Origin: an uncultured Chloroflexia bacterium
GTDB lineage: Bacteria > Chloroflexota > Limnocylindria > Limnocylindrales > CSP1-4
Length of the DNA: 64,000 bases
Direction: 5' to 3'
NCBI GenBank assembly: GCA_963828165.1
Contig: CAWHDR010000001.1
Location: 416,001 to 480,000 of the forward strand
How positions within the stretch are numbered: position 1 is the first letter of the stretch; each line of letters starts with the position of its first letter. Under the pieces are notes generated by a model, which was not told where the DNA came from, did not search any database, and saw only the letters and a program-made list of their open reading frames with translations. A program made the position numbers and the translations under genes. This document shows, one piece after another, positions 1 through 9,731 of this stretch.

Positions 1-402
1 GCCGTCACGCACGACGACGATGACCGCATCCTGCTGTGCCACATCGCCCCGTCGGTGGGAGTCGGCGACATCTGGACGCTACCTGGCGGCGCCCTCGAGT
101 ACGGCGAACCTCCGGAAGCCGCGGTCCTGCGCGAGCTCGCCGAGGAGACCGGCTATACCGGTGAGCTGGAGGGTCTCGTCGGCGTCATCGACCGCCTGTT
201 CCACGAGGGCAGCGCCGGCGGTCGGCTCCATGCGATCCGCATCCTGTACCGCGTTCGGATCGTCGGCGGCGAGCTGCGCGACGAGCCGGACGGCTCGACC
301 GACACGTGCCGCTGGTTCGCACGGTCGGAGGCGCGCGGCCTCCGCCTGGGAGAGCTCGCGCGGTACGCGCTCGATCACTCGCGCGCGGGCGCGACGAGCT
401 GA
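1..402 (+). CDS. Nudix hydrolase (5' truncated by window edge)
   Basis: Frame is open from base 1; Nudix box GGALEYGEPPEAAVLRELAEETG. Confidence 0.9.
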   Translation, partial: AVTHDDDDRILLCHIAPSVGVGDIWTLPGGALEYGEPPEAAVLRELAEETGYTGELEGLVGVIDRLFHEGSAGGRLHAIRILYRVRIVGGELRDEPDGSTDTCRWFARSEARGLRLGELARYALDHSRAGATS

Positions 403-421
403 CGGCGAGGCAGGCGACCCG

Positions 422-928
422 ATGCACAGCGAGATCGCGATCCGGATCGCCGCTCCAGCCGACCTGGTGTTCGCTCTCGCGCACGACGTCGAGCGGTGGG
501 CGGCTCTGCTCCCCCACTACGCGCGGTCCGTGGCGGTCGATCGGCACTCGGACGGAAGCGTGGTCGCGGATTTCATCGCGTACCGGACACTGATCGGCGT
601 GCTGGGACTCGGACTGCCGGTGACCTGGCGTTCGCGGACCTGGTCGGAGCCCGCGTCCCGGCGCCTCCGCTTCGTCCACGTCGCCGGCGCGACGCGGGGG
701 ATGGACGTGACCTGGCGCATCGAACCTTCCGCGTCCGAGCGCGACGCGTCCACGGTCACGATCGAGCACGAATTCGCGCCCCGGCTGCCGGGCTTCGCGG
801 CATTCGTCGATCGGTTCTTCACGCGGCCGATCGCGGGACGGACCCTGGCGACGTTCAAGGCGCTTGCCGAGGCCTTGCACCAGGTGCCGCAGTCCGGGAC
901 CGCCGACCCGACGAATCTATCGACATGA
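422..928 (+). CDS. SRPBCC/polyketide cyclase-dehydrase family protein
   Basis: MHSEIAIRIAAPADLVFALAHDVERW..LPH N-terminal START/SRPBCC pattern; stop overlaps next ATG (ATGA). Confidence 0.8.
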   Translation: MHSEIAIRIAAPADLVFALAHDVERWAALLPHYARSVAVDRHSDGSVVADFIAYRTLIGVLGLGLPVTWRSRTWSEPASRRLRFVHVAGATRGMDVTWRIEPSASERDASTVTIEHEFAPRLPGFAAFVDRFFTRPIAGRTLATFKALAEALHQVPQSGTADPTNLST

Positions 929-2188
929 GCGACCGCCGACGGATCTGGATCACGGGTATCGGTCTGGTCACGCCGATCGGAACGGGCGTCGATGCGTTCC
1001 GGGACGGGTTGCGCGAAGGCCGCTCGCCGATCAAGCGGATCGATCGATTCGATGCATCCGCGTTCCGCTCCCAGGTCGCCGCCCAGGTCGACGACTTCGA
1101 CCCGCTGGCGTGGATGCCGCCGAAGACCGCGCGCCAACTCGACCGGTTCAGCCAGTTCGGGATGGTGGCCGGCCGTCTTGCGCTGGATGACGCGCGCCTG
1201 GTTCCCGGCACGGACGGCGGGGCCAGCCCGGAGCGCATCGGGATCTACCTCGGTTCGGCGCTCGGGGGCATCGCCTACGCCGAGGAACAGCACGAGCGCT
1301 ACCTCGAGAAGGGGATCCGCCAGGTCGCCCCGAACCTCGCACTGGCGGTCTTCGGCGGCGCGGCCCCGGCCAACCTCGGCATCGCGCTCGACGTCCGCGG
1401 GCCGATCCTGTCCACGGCCAATTCCTGTGCCTCGGGTGCGGTCGCGCTGGGCGAGGCGCTCGGCGACCTGCGCGAAGGCCGCGTCGACGCGGCGATCGCC
1501 GGCGGCTGCGAGATCCCGCTGTCGCCGCTCGCGTTCGGTGCGTTCGACATCATCCGAGCCCTGTCCGCGGGCCACAACGACGAGCCGGACTGCGCCGCGC
1601 GGCCGTTCGATATGGGGCGCGACGGCTTCGTCATGGGCGAGGGCGCGGCGCTGCTCGTGCTGGAGGATGCCGAGGCGGCCGCGCGTCGCGGCGCGACGCC
1701 ATACGCCGAGCTGCTCGGCTACGGGGCCACGTCAGATGCCCACCACATGGTCCAGCCGCGGGCCGACGGGCGCGAGGCGGCGCGCGCCGCATCGATCGCG
1801 CTGCAGGACGCGGACACGGCGCCCGATGCGATCGACTACGTCAACGCCCACGCGTCCTCGACACCGATCGGCGACGTGGCCGAGGCGCGCGCGATCGTGA
1901 CGGCCCTGGGCGAGCGGGCCCGAACGGTCCCGGTGAGCGGCACGAAGGCGCTGTATGGACATCCACTCGGGGCGTCGGGGGCGATCGAGGCCGCGATCTG
2001 CGCCCTCGCGATCCGCGACGGCTGGGCGCCTTCGTCGGTCAACCTGGTCGAGCCCGATCCTGACTCGGCGGCGCTCCTGCCCGGTCTCCTGCGCGAAGGC
2101 CGGGCCGGGACCTACCGGCGGGCTGCTGAGCACCTCGTTCGGCTTCGGCGGCCTGAACGCGGCGCTGGTACTGGGCGCCGTCGACTGA
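925..2188 (+). CDS. fabF: Beta-ketoacyl-ACP synthase II (FabF-like), apparent +1 frameshift at ~2121
   Basis: ITGIGLVTPIG, catalytic NSCASG, NAHASST, KALYGHPLGASG; the C-terminal STSFGFGGLNAALVL motif lies in the next frame after GGG 2120-2122. Confidence 0.88.
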
Positions 2189-3513
2189 GCCGCCGCGCTC
2201 TCGGTGGCCATCTCGACGGCCGGCGCAGAAGCCCGCGGTCCGATGCTCGCCGGCGACGGGGAGCCGATCCGACGCCACCAGACGTACGCACCCGCCCCGA
2301 CCGCCAGCGACAGCAGGCCGCCGACGGCCACGGTCATCGGGATCCCGGCTGCAGACGCGAGCGCGCCGGCGGCGATGCCGCCGATCGGCATGGAGGCCGA
2401 GAAGACCGTGGTGTAGACGCTCATCACGCGCCCACGCAGGCCATCGGGTACGGACAGCTGGATGGTCGCATTGGCCGTGGCCGCCATCGTGATGCCACCG
2501 GCGCCGATGGGGATCATCAGCGCGAGCGACAACGGGAACGACGTCGAAAACGCCAGCGCCACCGAGGCGATCCCGAGGATGACCGCGCCGAGAGCGATGC
2601 GGATCGGGCGCGGCCGCCCACCGATGACCAGCGCGACCGCGGCGCCGAGCGCGCCGAGACCGGAGGCGGTCATGAGGAATCCGTAGCCCGTGGCATCGCT
2701 GCCGAGCACGTTCGCGGCGAGTGGCGGGATGATGACCGTGAAATTCATGCCGACGGTCGCGACGAGGCCGACGACCGTGACGGCGAGCAGCACGACCGGG
2801 GTGTCGCGGACGAAGCGCAGCCCCTCGCCCAGGTGCGTGAAGACCTCGCGGACGGATTCCGGCCGCGGCACCAGCCGCGCCATCTGGAGCTCGCTGTCGC
2901 GCATCATGCGCAGGCCGATGATGACCGCCACGAAGCTCACGGCGTTGATCGTGAAGGCGGTCGCGATGCCGAACAGGCCGATCGTCAGCCCGGCTACGGC
3001 CGGGCCAACGACGCGGGCGCCATTGAACATCGCCGAGTTGAGCGCCACGGCGTTGCCCACATCGCGCGGACCGACCATCTCGTAGGCGAACGACTGGCGG
3101 GCCGGCATGTCGACGGCGTTCGCGCAGCCGAGCAGCACCGCGAGCAGCACGATGTGCCAGACCTGTACGAGGCCCGTCGCCGTGAGGAAGGCCAGGATCG
3201 CCGCGAGCACCATCATCACGACCTGGGCCGCGATGAGGGTCCGCCGCTTGGGCAGGACGTCCGCGAGGATGCCCGCGAACAGACCAAGGACCATGACCGG
3301 CAGGAACTGGGCGGCGGCCACGACCCCCAGCCACAGCGGATCGCCCCCGGTGATGGTCAGCACGAGCCATGCCTGCGCGACCTGCTGCATCCACGTGCCG
3401 ACGAGCGAGATCGCCTGGCCGGCGAAGAAGAGCCGGTAGTTTCGGTGCCGGAACGCGGTCATCGCCTTCGTGCGCACGATGTTGCGCGGCGCCAGGGCGG
3501 ACGGCCCGATCAT
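2112..3513 (-). CDS. MFS transporter (DHA3/EntS-like)
   Basis: FRHRNYRLFFAGQAISLVGTWMQ, ~12 hydrophobic segments, LRGRVMS motif; true stop probably TAG at 2112-2114 once the 1-bp indel is corrected. Confidence 0.88.
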
Positions 3514-4034
3514 CGGCGGGATCCCCTCGTGGGAAGCGGTCCGGGATGCGGTCCGCCACCCGGATGCGGATCGGGGCCTCCGTCGAGATTGGCGAGATGC
3601 TCATCGAGATGGCGCCGCCGGCCACGAGCGTCGGCGATCATCGAGTCGAGGCGGGCGCGCTTGGCGACGAGCGTTTCGATCTGCCGATCGACCCGGGCGG
3701 TCGCGTCCTTGAGCAAGGCGCGTCGCTCGGCCTTGTCGCCGGTCGTGCGGAACCGCTGCCGATTGCGTTCGCGGGCGGCCTCGTCCTCGAGCAGCTGACC
3801 GATCTGGGCAAGCGAGAATCCGGCGTCATCACGGAGGGAGCGGATGAAGCGCAGGCGCTCCAGGTCGGACGCATCGAACAGCCGGTAGGCGCCGTCCGAT
3901 CGGGCGGCGGGCTCCAGGAGGCCCATCTCTTCGTAGTAGCGGATCGCGCGGGTCGTCAGACCGGTCTCGGCGGCGACATCCTGGATCCTGAGAAGGGCAG
4001 GCTCGGCGGGGGTCGCGAGGGTCTTCGTGGGCAT
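3510..4034 (-). CDS. MerR-family transcriptional regulator
   Basis: LRIQDVAAETGLTTRAIRYYEEMGLL..R..GAYRLF HTH followed by a coiled coil. Confidence 0.92.
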   Translation of the reverse strand: MPTKTLATPAEPALLRIQDVAAETGLTTRAIRYYEEMGLLEPAARSDGAYRLFDASDLERLRFIRSLRDDAGFSLAQIGQLLEDEAARERNRQRFRTTGDKAERRALLKDATARVDRQIETLVAKRARLDSMIADARGRRRHLDEHLANLDGGPDPHPGGGPHPGPLPTRGSRR

Positions 4035-4052
4035 CCCATCAACGATACCACA

Positions 4053-4074
4053 ACCTTCACGTTCACGTGAAGGT
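4053..4074. promoter_or_regulatory. Putative MerR-type operator
   Basis: Perfect inverted repeat ACCTTCACG-N4-CGTGAAGGT immediately upstream of the merR-MFS unit. Confidence 0.7.
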
Positions 4075-4209
4075 CATGGGCGCGCGACGACCCGGCTCGT
4101 GGTGGATGACGTTCGTCCATGCGGGGACTCGACGACGATCGGTGGTCCGGCAACGGGCCGTGACGCGACGATGGCCGCATCGACCTATCGCGCATCCCCG
4201 GAGACCATC

Positions 4210-4386
4210 GTGACCGAATTCGTGAGCCTGCTGCTCGTTGTCGTCGGATCTGCGTTCCTGTATATCGCCGCCGCCAAGCTCGGTGCCGGCCCGCAGGACG
4301 CGATCGACGCCCTATTCGCCAGCCCGATGCCGCCCGCTCGCCCGCGCGGCGTTCAGGAGAACGACCTGCCCCGCTTCGCCTTCTAG
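4210..4386 (+). CDS. Small membrane protein, hypothetical
   Basis: GGAG RBS before GTG; one hydrophobic helix, then PRGVQENDLPRFAF. Confidence 0.55.
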   Translation: MTEFVSLLLVVVGSAFLYIAAAKLGAGPQDAIDALFASPMPPARPRGVQENDLPRFAF

Positions 4387-4417
4387 CCCGAAGAGATCGC
4401 CCGTGGGCGATCTATGG

Positions 4418-5411
4418 TCAGTCGAGCGTGAAGTAGTCCGGGTCCTGGTAGCGGCCCGTCCGCTGGAACTCGATCTGCATCAGCACGTCGTTGAGCAGCG
4501 ACGACGCGCCGAAGCGGAACCAGTCCGGTGACATCCAGCGCGGCCCGAGCGTCTCGTACAGGATCACGAGGTACTGGATCGCCTCCTTGGCGGTCCGGAT
4601 CCCACCCGCGGGCTTCATCCCCACCTGGCGCCCGGTCGCCCGCTCGAAGTCGCGGATCGCCTCGAGCATCACGAGGGTGACCGGCATCGTCGCGGCCGGC
4701 TCCACCTTGCCGGTCGAGGTCTTGATGAAGTCGGCGCCGGCCGCCATCGCCAGGATCGACGCGCGCCGCACGTTGTCGTAGGTCTCGAGCTCGCCCGTCT
4801 CGAGGATGACCTTCAAGTGCGCCTCGCCGGCCGCCTCCTTGACCTCGACGATCTCCTCGAACACCGTCGCGTAGTCGCCCATCAGGAACGCCCCGCGGTC
4901 GATGACCATGTCGATCTCATCTGCCCCGGCTTCCACCGACGCGCGCGTCTCGGCGAGCTTGATGTCGCGGAACGTCTGGCCGCTGGGGAAGCCGGTCGCG
5001 ACGCTGGCGACCTTGACGCCGCTCCCCTTCAACGCGTCCTTGGCCTCGGCCACGAGCGCGGGGTAGACGCACAGCGCCGCAACGGACGGGATCGTCGGGT
5101 CGCCCGGCTTGGGATGCATCGCCTTGACGGCCAGCGCCCGGATCTTCCCCGCTGTGTCCTTCCCCTCGAGCGTCGTGAGATCCATCATCCGGATCGCCAG
5201 ATCGAGTGCCCAGACCTTCGACGCCTTCTTGATGGAACGCCGCTTGAGCGCATCGACCCGTTCCTCGACGCCTACCTGGTCGACCGTGCTGACCCGCCCG
5301 AGCAGGCTGCCGAGGGGATCGCCGATGGAACGCGAGCGGCCGTCCCACGCACGAATTCAGCTCGTTGGCGCGCTGGCGGGCGAGGGTCTCGGGGCGCTTG
5401 GTGGCCGTCAT
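4418..5411 (-). CDS. deoC: Deoxyribose-phosphate aldolase, apparent +1 frameshift at ~5356
   Basis: DLTTLEG, VATGFPSG, GADEIDMV, LKVILETGEL, DFIKTSTG, KPAGGIR, RFGASSLL; N-terminal 18 codons are in an adjacent frame. Confidence 0.92.
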
Positions 5412-5442
5412 GGGACGGTGAGGATACCGCTATCGTGTAGGC

Positions 5443-5946
5443 ATGCCTACACGACCACGCGCTCCCGTCCGCCTGGGCCTGGCCGGAGCGCTCGTCGCGC
5501 TCGTGCTCGCCCTTGCCGTGCCGACCGTCCTCGCCGCCTCGCGAGCGGTCTCCATCCAGGACTTCGCCTTCTCGCCACGGACCGTCGAGATCCGTGTCGG
5601 CGATACGGTGAGGTGGACGAACCGCGACAGCGTCGCCCACTCGGCGACGGCTCGGAACGGCTCGTTCGATACCGGGTTGCTCTCGGATGGGGAGTCGGGC
5701 TCGGTCCGATTCACGGCAGCCGGGACCTATCGCTACATCTGCACGCCGCACCCGGATATGACGGGGACGGTGGTGGTCCGGTCGGCCGGCACGGGCATCG
5801 TCCCGCCGAACACCGCGACGGTCTCGGCCGATGCCGCGCCGATGGCCGCAGCCGACGATCTGCCGCTCGGCCCCCTCGCCATCGTCGCCGGGGCCGCGTT
5901 CCTGCTTGCCCAGCGCTTCATGCCACGGCGGCGGACGACGCCATGA
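5443..5946 (+). CDS. Secreted cupredoxin (plastocyanin/amicyanin-like) with C-terminal anchor
   Basis: Signal peptide; type-1 Cu ligands H(SATA)...CTPHPDM; C-terminal hydrophobic segment plus RRR. Confidence 0.88.
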   Translation: MPTRPRAPVRLGLAGALVALVLALAVPTVLAASRAVSIQDFAFSPRTVEIRVGDTVRWTNRDSVAHSATARNGSFDTGLLSDGESGSVRFTAAGTYRYICTPHPDMTGTVVVRSAGTGIVPPNTATVSADAAPMAAADDLPLGPLAIVAGAAFLLAQRFMPRRRTTP

Positions 5947-6042
5947 CCTCGCGGACGGCCCGCACCGAAGCCGTCCGCCAAACCACCGATCGCTCGTCGA
6001 CGTAGCCCAGTAGGAGTGGCAGGAGTGAGGAGGAGGTCCGGG

Positions 6043-6540
6043 ATGGCTCGCATGCGACGTTGGCGGACGGCGGCGACGATGGTGGCGCTCGCAGCTTGGT
6101 TGCTCGCAAGTCCGGTCCGGGCGGCCGATAGCGGCGTCGCGATCGCGAACTTCGCGTACGACCCCCCGACCGTGACGATCCAGGTCGGGAACGTCGTCAC
6201 CTGGACGAATCAGGACAGCACGGCGCACACGGCCACGGCGAGCGACGGCTCGTTCGACACGGGTCAGCTCGCCAACGGCGCATTCGAGACGGTCCCGTTC
6301 GACACGGCGGGGACGTTCGACTACGTCTGTTCCATCCACCCACAGATGACCGGCACGATCGTGGTCGAGGCGGCGTCGACGGGCGGAGGCTCGGAGACCA
6401 CGCCCGCCCCGACCGATGCCGTCGCCGATGACGCAGGAGACGGGGCCTGGCTCGGGATCACCCTTGCCCTGGCCCTCCTCGGCATCGTGATGCTCGTGGG
6501 CACGGTCGTGGCCGACCGGCGGTTCCGCGCACGCAGGTAG
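6043..6540 (+). CDS. Second secreted cupredoxin with C-terminal anchor
   Basis: Strong AGGAGG RBS; H(TATA)...CSIHPQM; C-terminal TM helix plus RRFRARR. Confidence 0.88.
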   Translation: MARMRRWRTAATMVALAAWLLASPVRAADSGVAIANFAYDPPTVTIQVGNVVTWTNQDSTAHTATASDGSFDTGQLANGAFETVPFDTAGTFDYVCSIHPQMTGTIVVEAASTGGGSETTPAPTDAVADDAGDGAWLGITLALALLGIVMLVGTVVADRRFRARR

Positions 6541-6626
6541 GCAAGGGCGCCGCTCTCGGCAGGAGCCATATCTAGACAACACTCCGCCGAACCGGGCTGG
6601 TCGCGAGGGCTACCATCGAAGCCACG

Positions 6627-7379
6627 ATGGCCGACCAGCTTGCGCTCCCACTCGATGCCACCGCCGACCGCCTCCCGGACCTGCCGGCGCTGCGGCCGAT
6701 GCTCGCGCGACCCCTGCCCGAGCCGTTCGACTCGGAACAGCACCTCTTCGAGCCGTGGTGGGGCGGTCGTCGAGCACTCGTCTTCGTCGGCCCGGCCGAG
6801 ATGGCCGGAGCGGGCGAGGTTCGGATCGTGGACGCCGACGGCGCGGATCTGACCGAGGCACTCCCGGAGCTGGCCGGCACGGCCGTTCGCGTCGCGGCGC
6901 GCTCGGCCGTGCTCGATGGGGAGCTGGTCGTGGTCGATGCCGACGGGCGGGCCGACGCCCCCGCGCTCGAGGCGCGTCTCGCGGGCAACCCCGGACGAGC
7001 GGCGGCCTTCCTCGCCTTCGACCTCCTGCATCTCGATGGGGTATCGCTGCTGAACCAGCCGCTGGTCAAGCGTCGCGCGGCGCTCCGCCGCATCCTGCGA
7101 CCGGGCGATGAGGTGGTGGCAGTGCCGGCGATCGCCACGGAAGGGCGTGCCCTGTTCGAGGCCATCGTCGCGCAGGGCCTGGCCGGGATGATGGCGCGCC
7201 AGCGGCAGGGTCCGTACCTGGCCGGTGTCAGGAGCCGACTGTGGCGCCTGATCCCGGCTGCTGCAGGCACGATCACCGCGGCCGAGATGGCCGACGCACC
7301 GGAGGAACCCGCGGCGACCTCGGCGACGGCGCCGGTCCTCGCGATGCTCAGCCGCCTTCCGCTCGACGAAGAGACCTGA
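6627..7379 (+). CDS. ATP-dependent DNA ligase (LigC/LigD) adenylation-domain homologue, predicted inactive
   Basis: PMLA, LDGELVV, AFDLL, PL..RR..L retained; motif I KxDGxR reads WWGGRR. Confidence 0.8.
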   Translation: MADQLALPLDATADRLPDLPALRPMLARPLPEPFDSEQHLFEPWWGGRRALVFVGPAEMAGAGEVRIVDADGADLTEALPELAGTAVRVAARSAVLDGELVVVDADGRADAPALEARLAGNPGRAAAFLAFDLLHLDGVSLLNQPLVKRRAALRRILRPGDEVVAVPAIATEGRALFEAIVAQGLAGMMARQRQGPYLAGVRSRLWRLIPAAAGTITAAEMADAPEEPAATSATAPVLAMLSRLPLDEET

Positions 7380-7388
7380 AGCGCCGCG

Positions 7389-8708
7389 CTAGCCCGCGTG
7401 CCGCGCGGCCGCGATGAACCGGCGGATCCCAGGCCGCTGCCCGTAGAGCAGCACCCCGGTCGCATAGATGCGGACCGTCGCCAGCGCCACGATGGCGATC
7501 GTGACGAGCAGGATCCCGACCGACAGCGCCACCTCCCAGGGCTGGACGGTGCTGACCATCAGCCGCGCGAGCATCGCGAACGGGCTGAACGGCGGCACGA
7601 AGGACGCCAGGCGGCCCACGAACCCACCTCCACTGAGCAGGACGGTCAACGCCGACACGTAGCCGGCCATCGCGAGCAGGCTGAGGGGCAGCGACAGGGT
7701 CTGCAGGTCGTCAGGCCGGCTCACGAACGAACCAACCGCCGCATACACGAAGGCGAAAAGCGTGAATCCCATCAGGAAGAACGCGCCGTACGCCAGCAGC
7801 AACCCGATCGTCAGGCCACCGATCGGCAGGCCGGCGCCCGTCTCGCCCAGGACGGCGAGGGCGATCTGGTCCTGGAAGGCCAGCACGAGCACCGCCGGGA
7901 TCACGATGGCCACGTACTGCGTGAGCCCCGCCCCTCCGATCCCCACGACCTTCCCGAACAGCAGTTGGCGCGGCGAGGCGGCGCTGATCATCAGCTCCAT
8001 GACGCGGCTGCTCTTCTCGGTCGCTACGCCCGTCGCCACCCACATCCCGTAGATCAGGATCGTGATGAACATCAGGATGATGAACACGGTACCGAGGAAG
8101 CTCCGGCTCGCGGCCTCCACCGCATCGACCGCCTCGCCGCCTTCGATCGGCGCACTGATCGAGCGCGGATCGAAGACCGGGGCCTCGAAGGTCCCGAGCT
8201 GCGAACCCGCCGGCAGCGAGCTGGTCCAGTCGATGATCGCAACCGACAGCGCGGCGAATCCGGCCAGCTGACTCTGGACGCCATCCACCGGACCGCTCGT
8301 CCGGTAGTCGACCTGGAGGCGCCCCTCGGGCAACCGGAACACGTGCAGGTACGCGCTGATCCGCTGACGCTCCAGCTCCGCCTCGGCCGTCGCGAGATCA
8401 GCCGCGCGCTCGAACGCGTAGGGCGCGGTCCATGTCTCGGGATCGGCACCTGCCGGCGCGATGTTCATGATCCCCTGCGCCGTGGCGATCATGGCCGCGG
8501 CCAGGCGATCGTCGTCGGCCACCACCACGATCCGGTCGACGCGCTGGCGGTCCAGGTAGCGGATCCCGATCGGTGTGAGCGCCACGGCGAGGGCCAGGGC
8601 CATCAGGATCACCGTCGAGAGCAGGTACAGCGGGCTGCGGACCCGATCGCGATACTCGCGCCGAGCCACGATTCCCGCGTTCGGCAGGAGGGGGTCTCTC
8701 CGGTTCAT
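7389..8708 (-). CDS. ABC-2 type exporter permease (NatB/YhaP-like)
   Basis: IVARREYRDRVRS, VATEKSSRVMELMIS, LLFGKVVG. Confidence 0.9.
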   Translation of the reverse strand: MNRRDPLLPNAGIVARREYRDRVRSPLYLLSTVILMALALAVALTPIGIRYLDRQRVDRIVVVADDDRLAAAMIATAQGIMNIAPAGADPETWTAPYAFERAADLATAEAELERQRISAYLHVFRLPEGRLQVDYRTSGPVDGVQSQLAGFAALSVAIIDWTSSLPAGSQLGTFEAPVFDPRSISAPIEGGEAVDAVEAASRSFLGTVFIILMFITILIYGMWVATGVATEKSSRVMELMISAASPRQLLFGKVVGIGGAGLTQYVAIVIPAVLVLAFQDQIALAVLGETGAGLPIGGLTIGLLLAYGAFFLMGFTLFAFVYAAVGSFVSRPDDLQTLSLPLSLLAMAGYVSALTVLLSGGGFVGRLASFVPPFSPFAMLARLMVSTVQPWEVALSVGILLVTIAIVALATVRIYATGVLLYGQRPGIRRFIAAARHAG

Positions 8709-9670
8709 CAGGCGGCGTCCTCGTCGAGCGCGGGCTCGAGCGTGGCGTCGTCGCCGGCCGGATGGCCGACGTACTCGATGAAGATCGCCTCCAGCGACGG
8801 CTCGGCGACCTCGAAGTGGGTCACAGCGGCACCGAGGGCGAGCGCCGACGCGAGGACCTCGCGGGGTTCGGTGCCGGGGCGGAGCTCCAGCTCCATGGAG
8901 CCCGCCGCGGGGCGGACGGCCGCGACCCCTTCGATCGATGTCAGCCAGGCGGGGAGGATCTCGCCCTCCACGCCGAGGCGCACGGTTCGCGCCCGTGTGG
9001 TCCGTTTCAGCTCGGCGAGCGTGCCGGACGCCACGACCCGGCCGCGATCCACGATCGCGAGCGACTCGCAGAGCGCCTCCGCCGCCTCCATCTGATGGGT
9101 CGAGAAGACGATCGTCCGACCCTCGTCGCGGAGCTCGACGAACGCCTCGCGCAGGAGCGCGAGATTGACGGGATCGAGACCGGTGAACGGCTCGTCCATG
9201 AGCAGCACATCCGGGCCGTGCAGGATCGCGGCGATGAATTGGACCTTCTGCTGGTTGCCCTTGCTCAGCTCCTCGGCACGGCGGTCCGCGTACTCGGGGA
9301 TGCGGAAGCGGGCCAGCCAGTGCTCGGCCCCTCGTCGAGCCTCGGCCGGGGGCACGCCGTAGAGCGAGGCGAAGTAGACCAGCTGATCGAGCACGCCCAT
9401 CCGTGGATACAGGCCGCGCTCCTCTGGGAGGTAGCCCCACGTCCGGCGCGGCAGCTCGACGCTGTCGATGCCGTCCCAGCGGACGTCCCCGCCGTCCGGC
9501 TGGAGGATCCCGAGGCAGATCCGCATCGTCGTCGTCTTGCCGGCTCCGTTGGCGCCGAGGAAGCCGAAGATCCGGCCCTTGGGCACGCTGAAGCTGAGCT
9601 CGTCGAGGGCCAGGGTCTGCGCAAACCGCTTGGTGACGCGGTCGATCACGAGGGTCACGGGGGCGAGCAT
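8708..9670 (-). CDS. ABC exporter ATP-binding protein
   Basis: Walker A GANGAGKTT, signature LSKGNQQK, Walker B LLMDEP. Confidence 0.93.
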   Translation of the reverse strand: MLAPVTLVIDRVTKRFAQTLALDELSFSVPKGRIFGFLGANGAGKTTTMRICLGILQPDGGDVRWDGIDSVELPRRTWGYLPEERGLYPRMGVLDQLVYFASLYGVPPAEARRGAEHWLARFRIPEYADRRAEELSKGNQQKVQFIAAILHGPDVLLMDEPFTGLDPVNLALLREAFVELRDEGRTIVFSTHQMEAAEALCESLAIVDRGRVVASGTLAELKRTTRARTVRLGVEGEILPAWLTSIEGVAAVRPAAGSMELELRPGTEPREVLASALALGAAVTHFEVAEPSLEAIFIEYVGHPAGDDATLEPALDEDAA

Positions 9671-9731
9671 AGCCGTGGGCGGACCACCCCGCCGCTGGTC
9701 CGAAGGTCCGGGGTGTGCGACGATCGATCCC

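Noticed and set aside
2120-2122. Programmed frameshifting in fabF, deoC or int
   Set aside because: No slippery heptamers; the same +1 homopolymer pattern in unrelated genes is better explained by sequencing error.
496-3798. 1100-aa ORF suggesting a giant FabF fusion
   Set aside because: Artefact of the 1-bp indel at ~2121; the extension is just the antisense of the MFS and merR genes.
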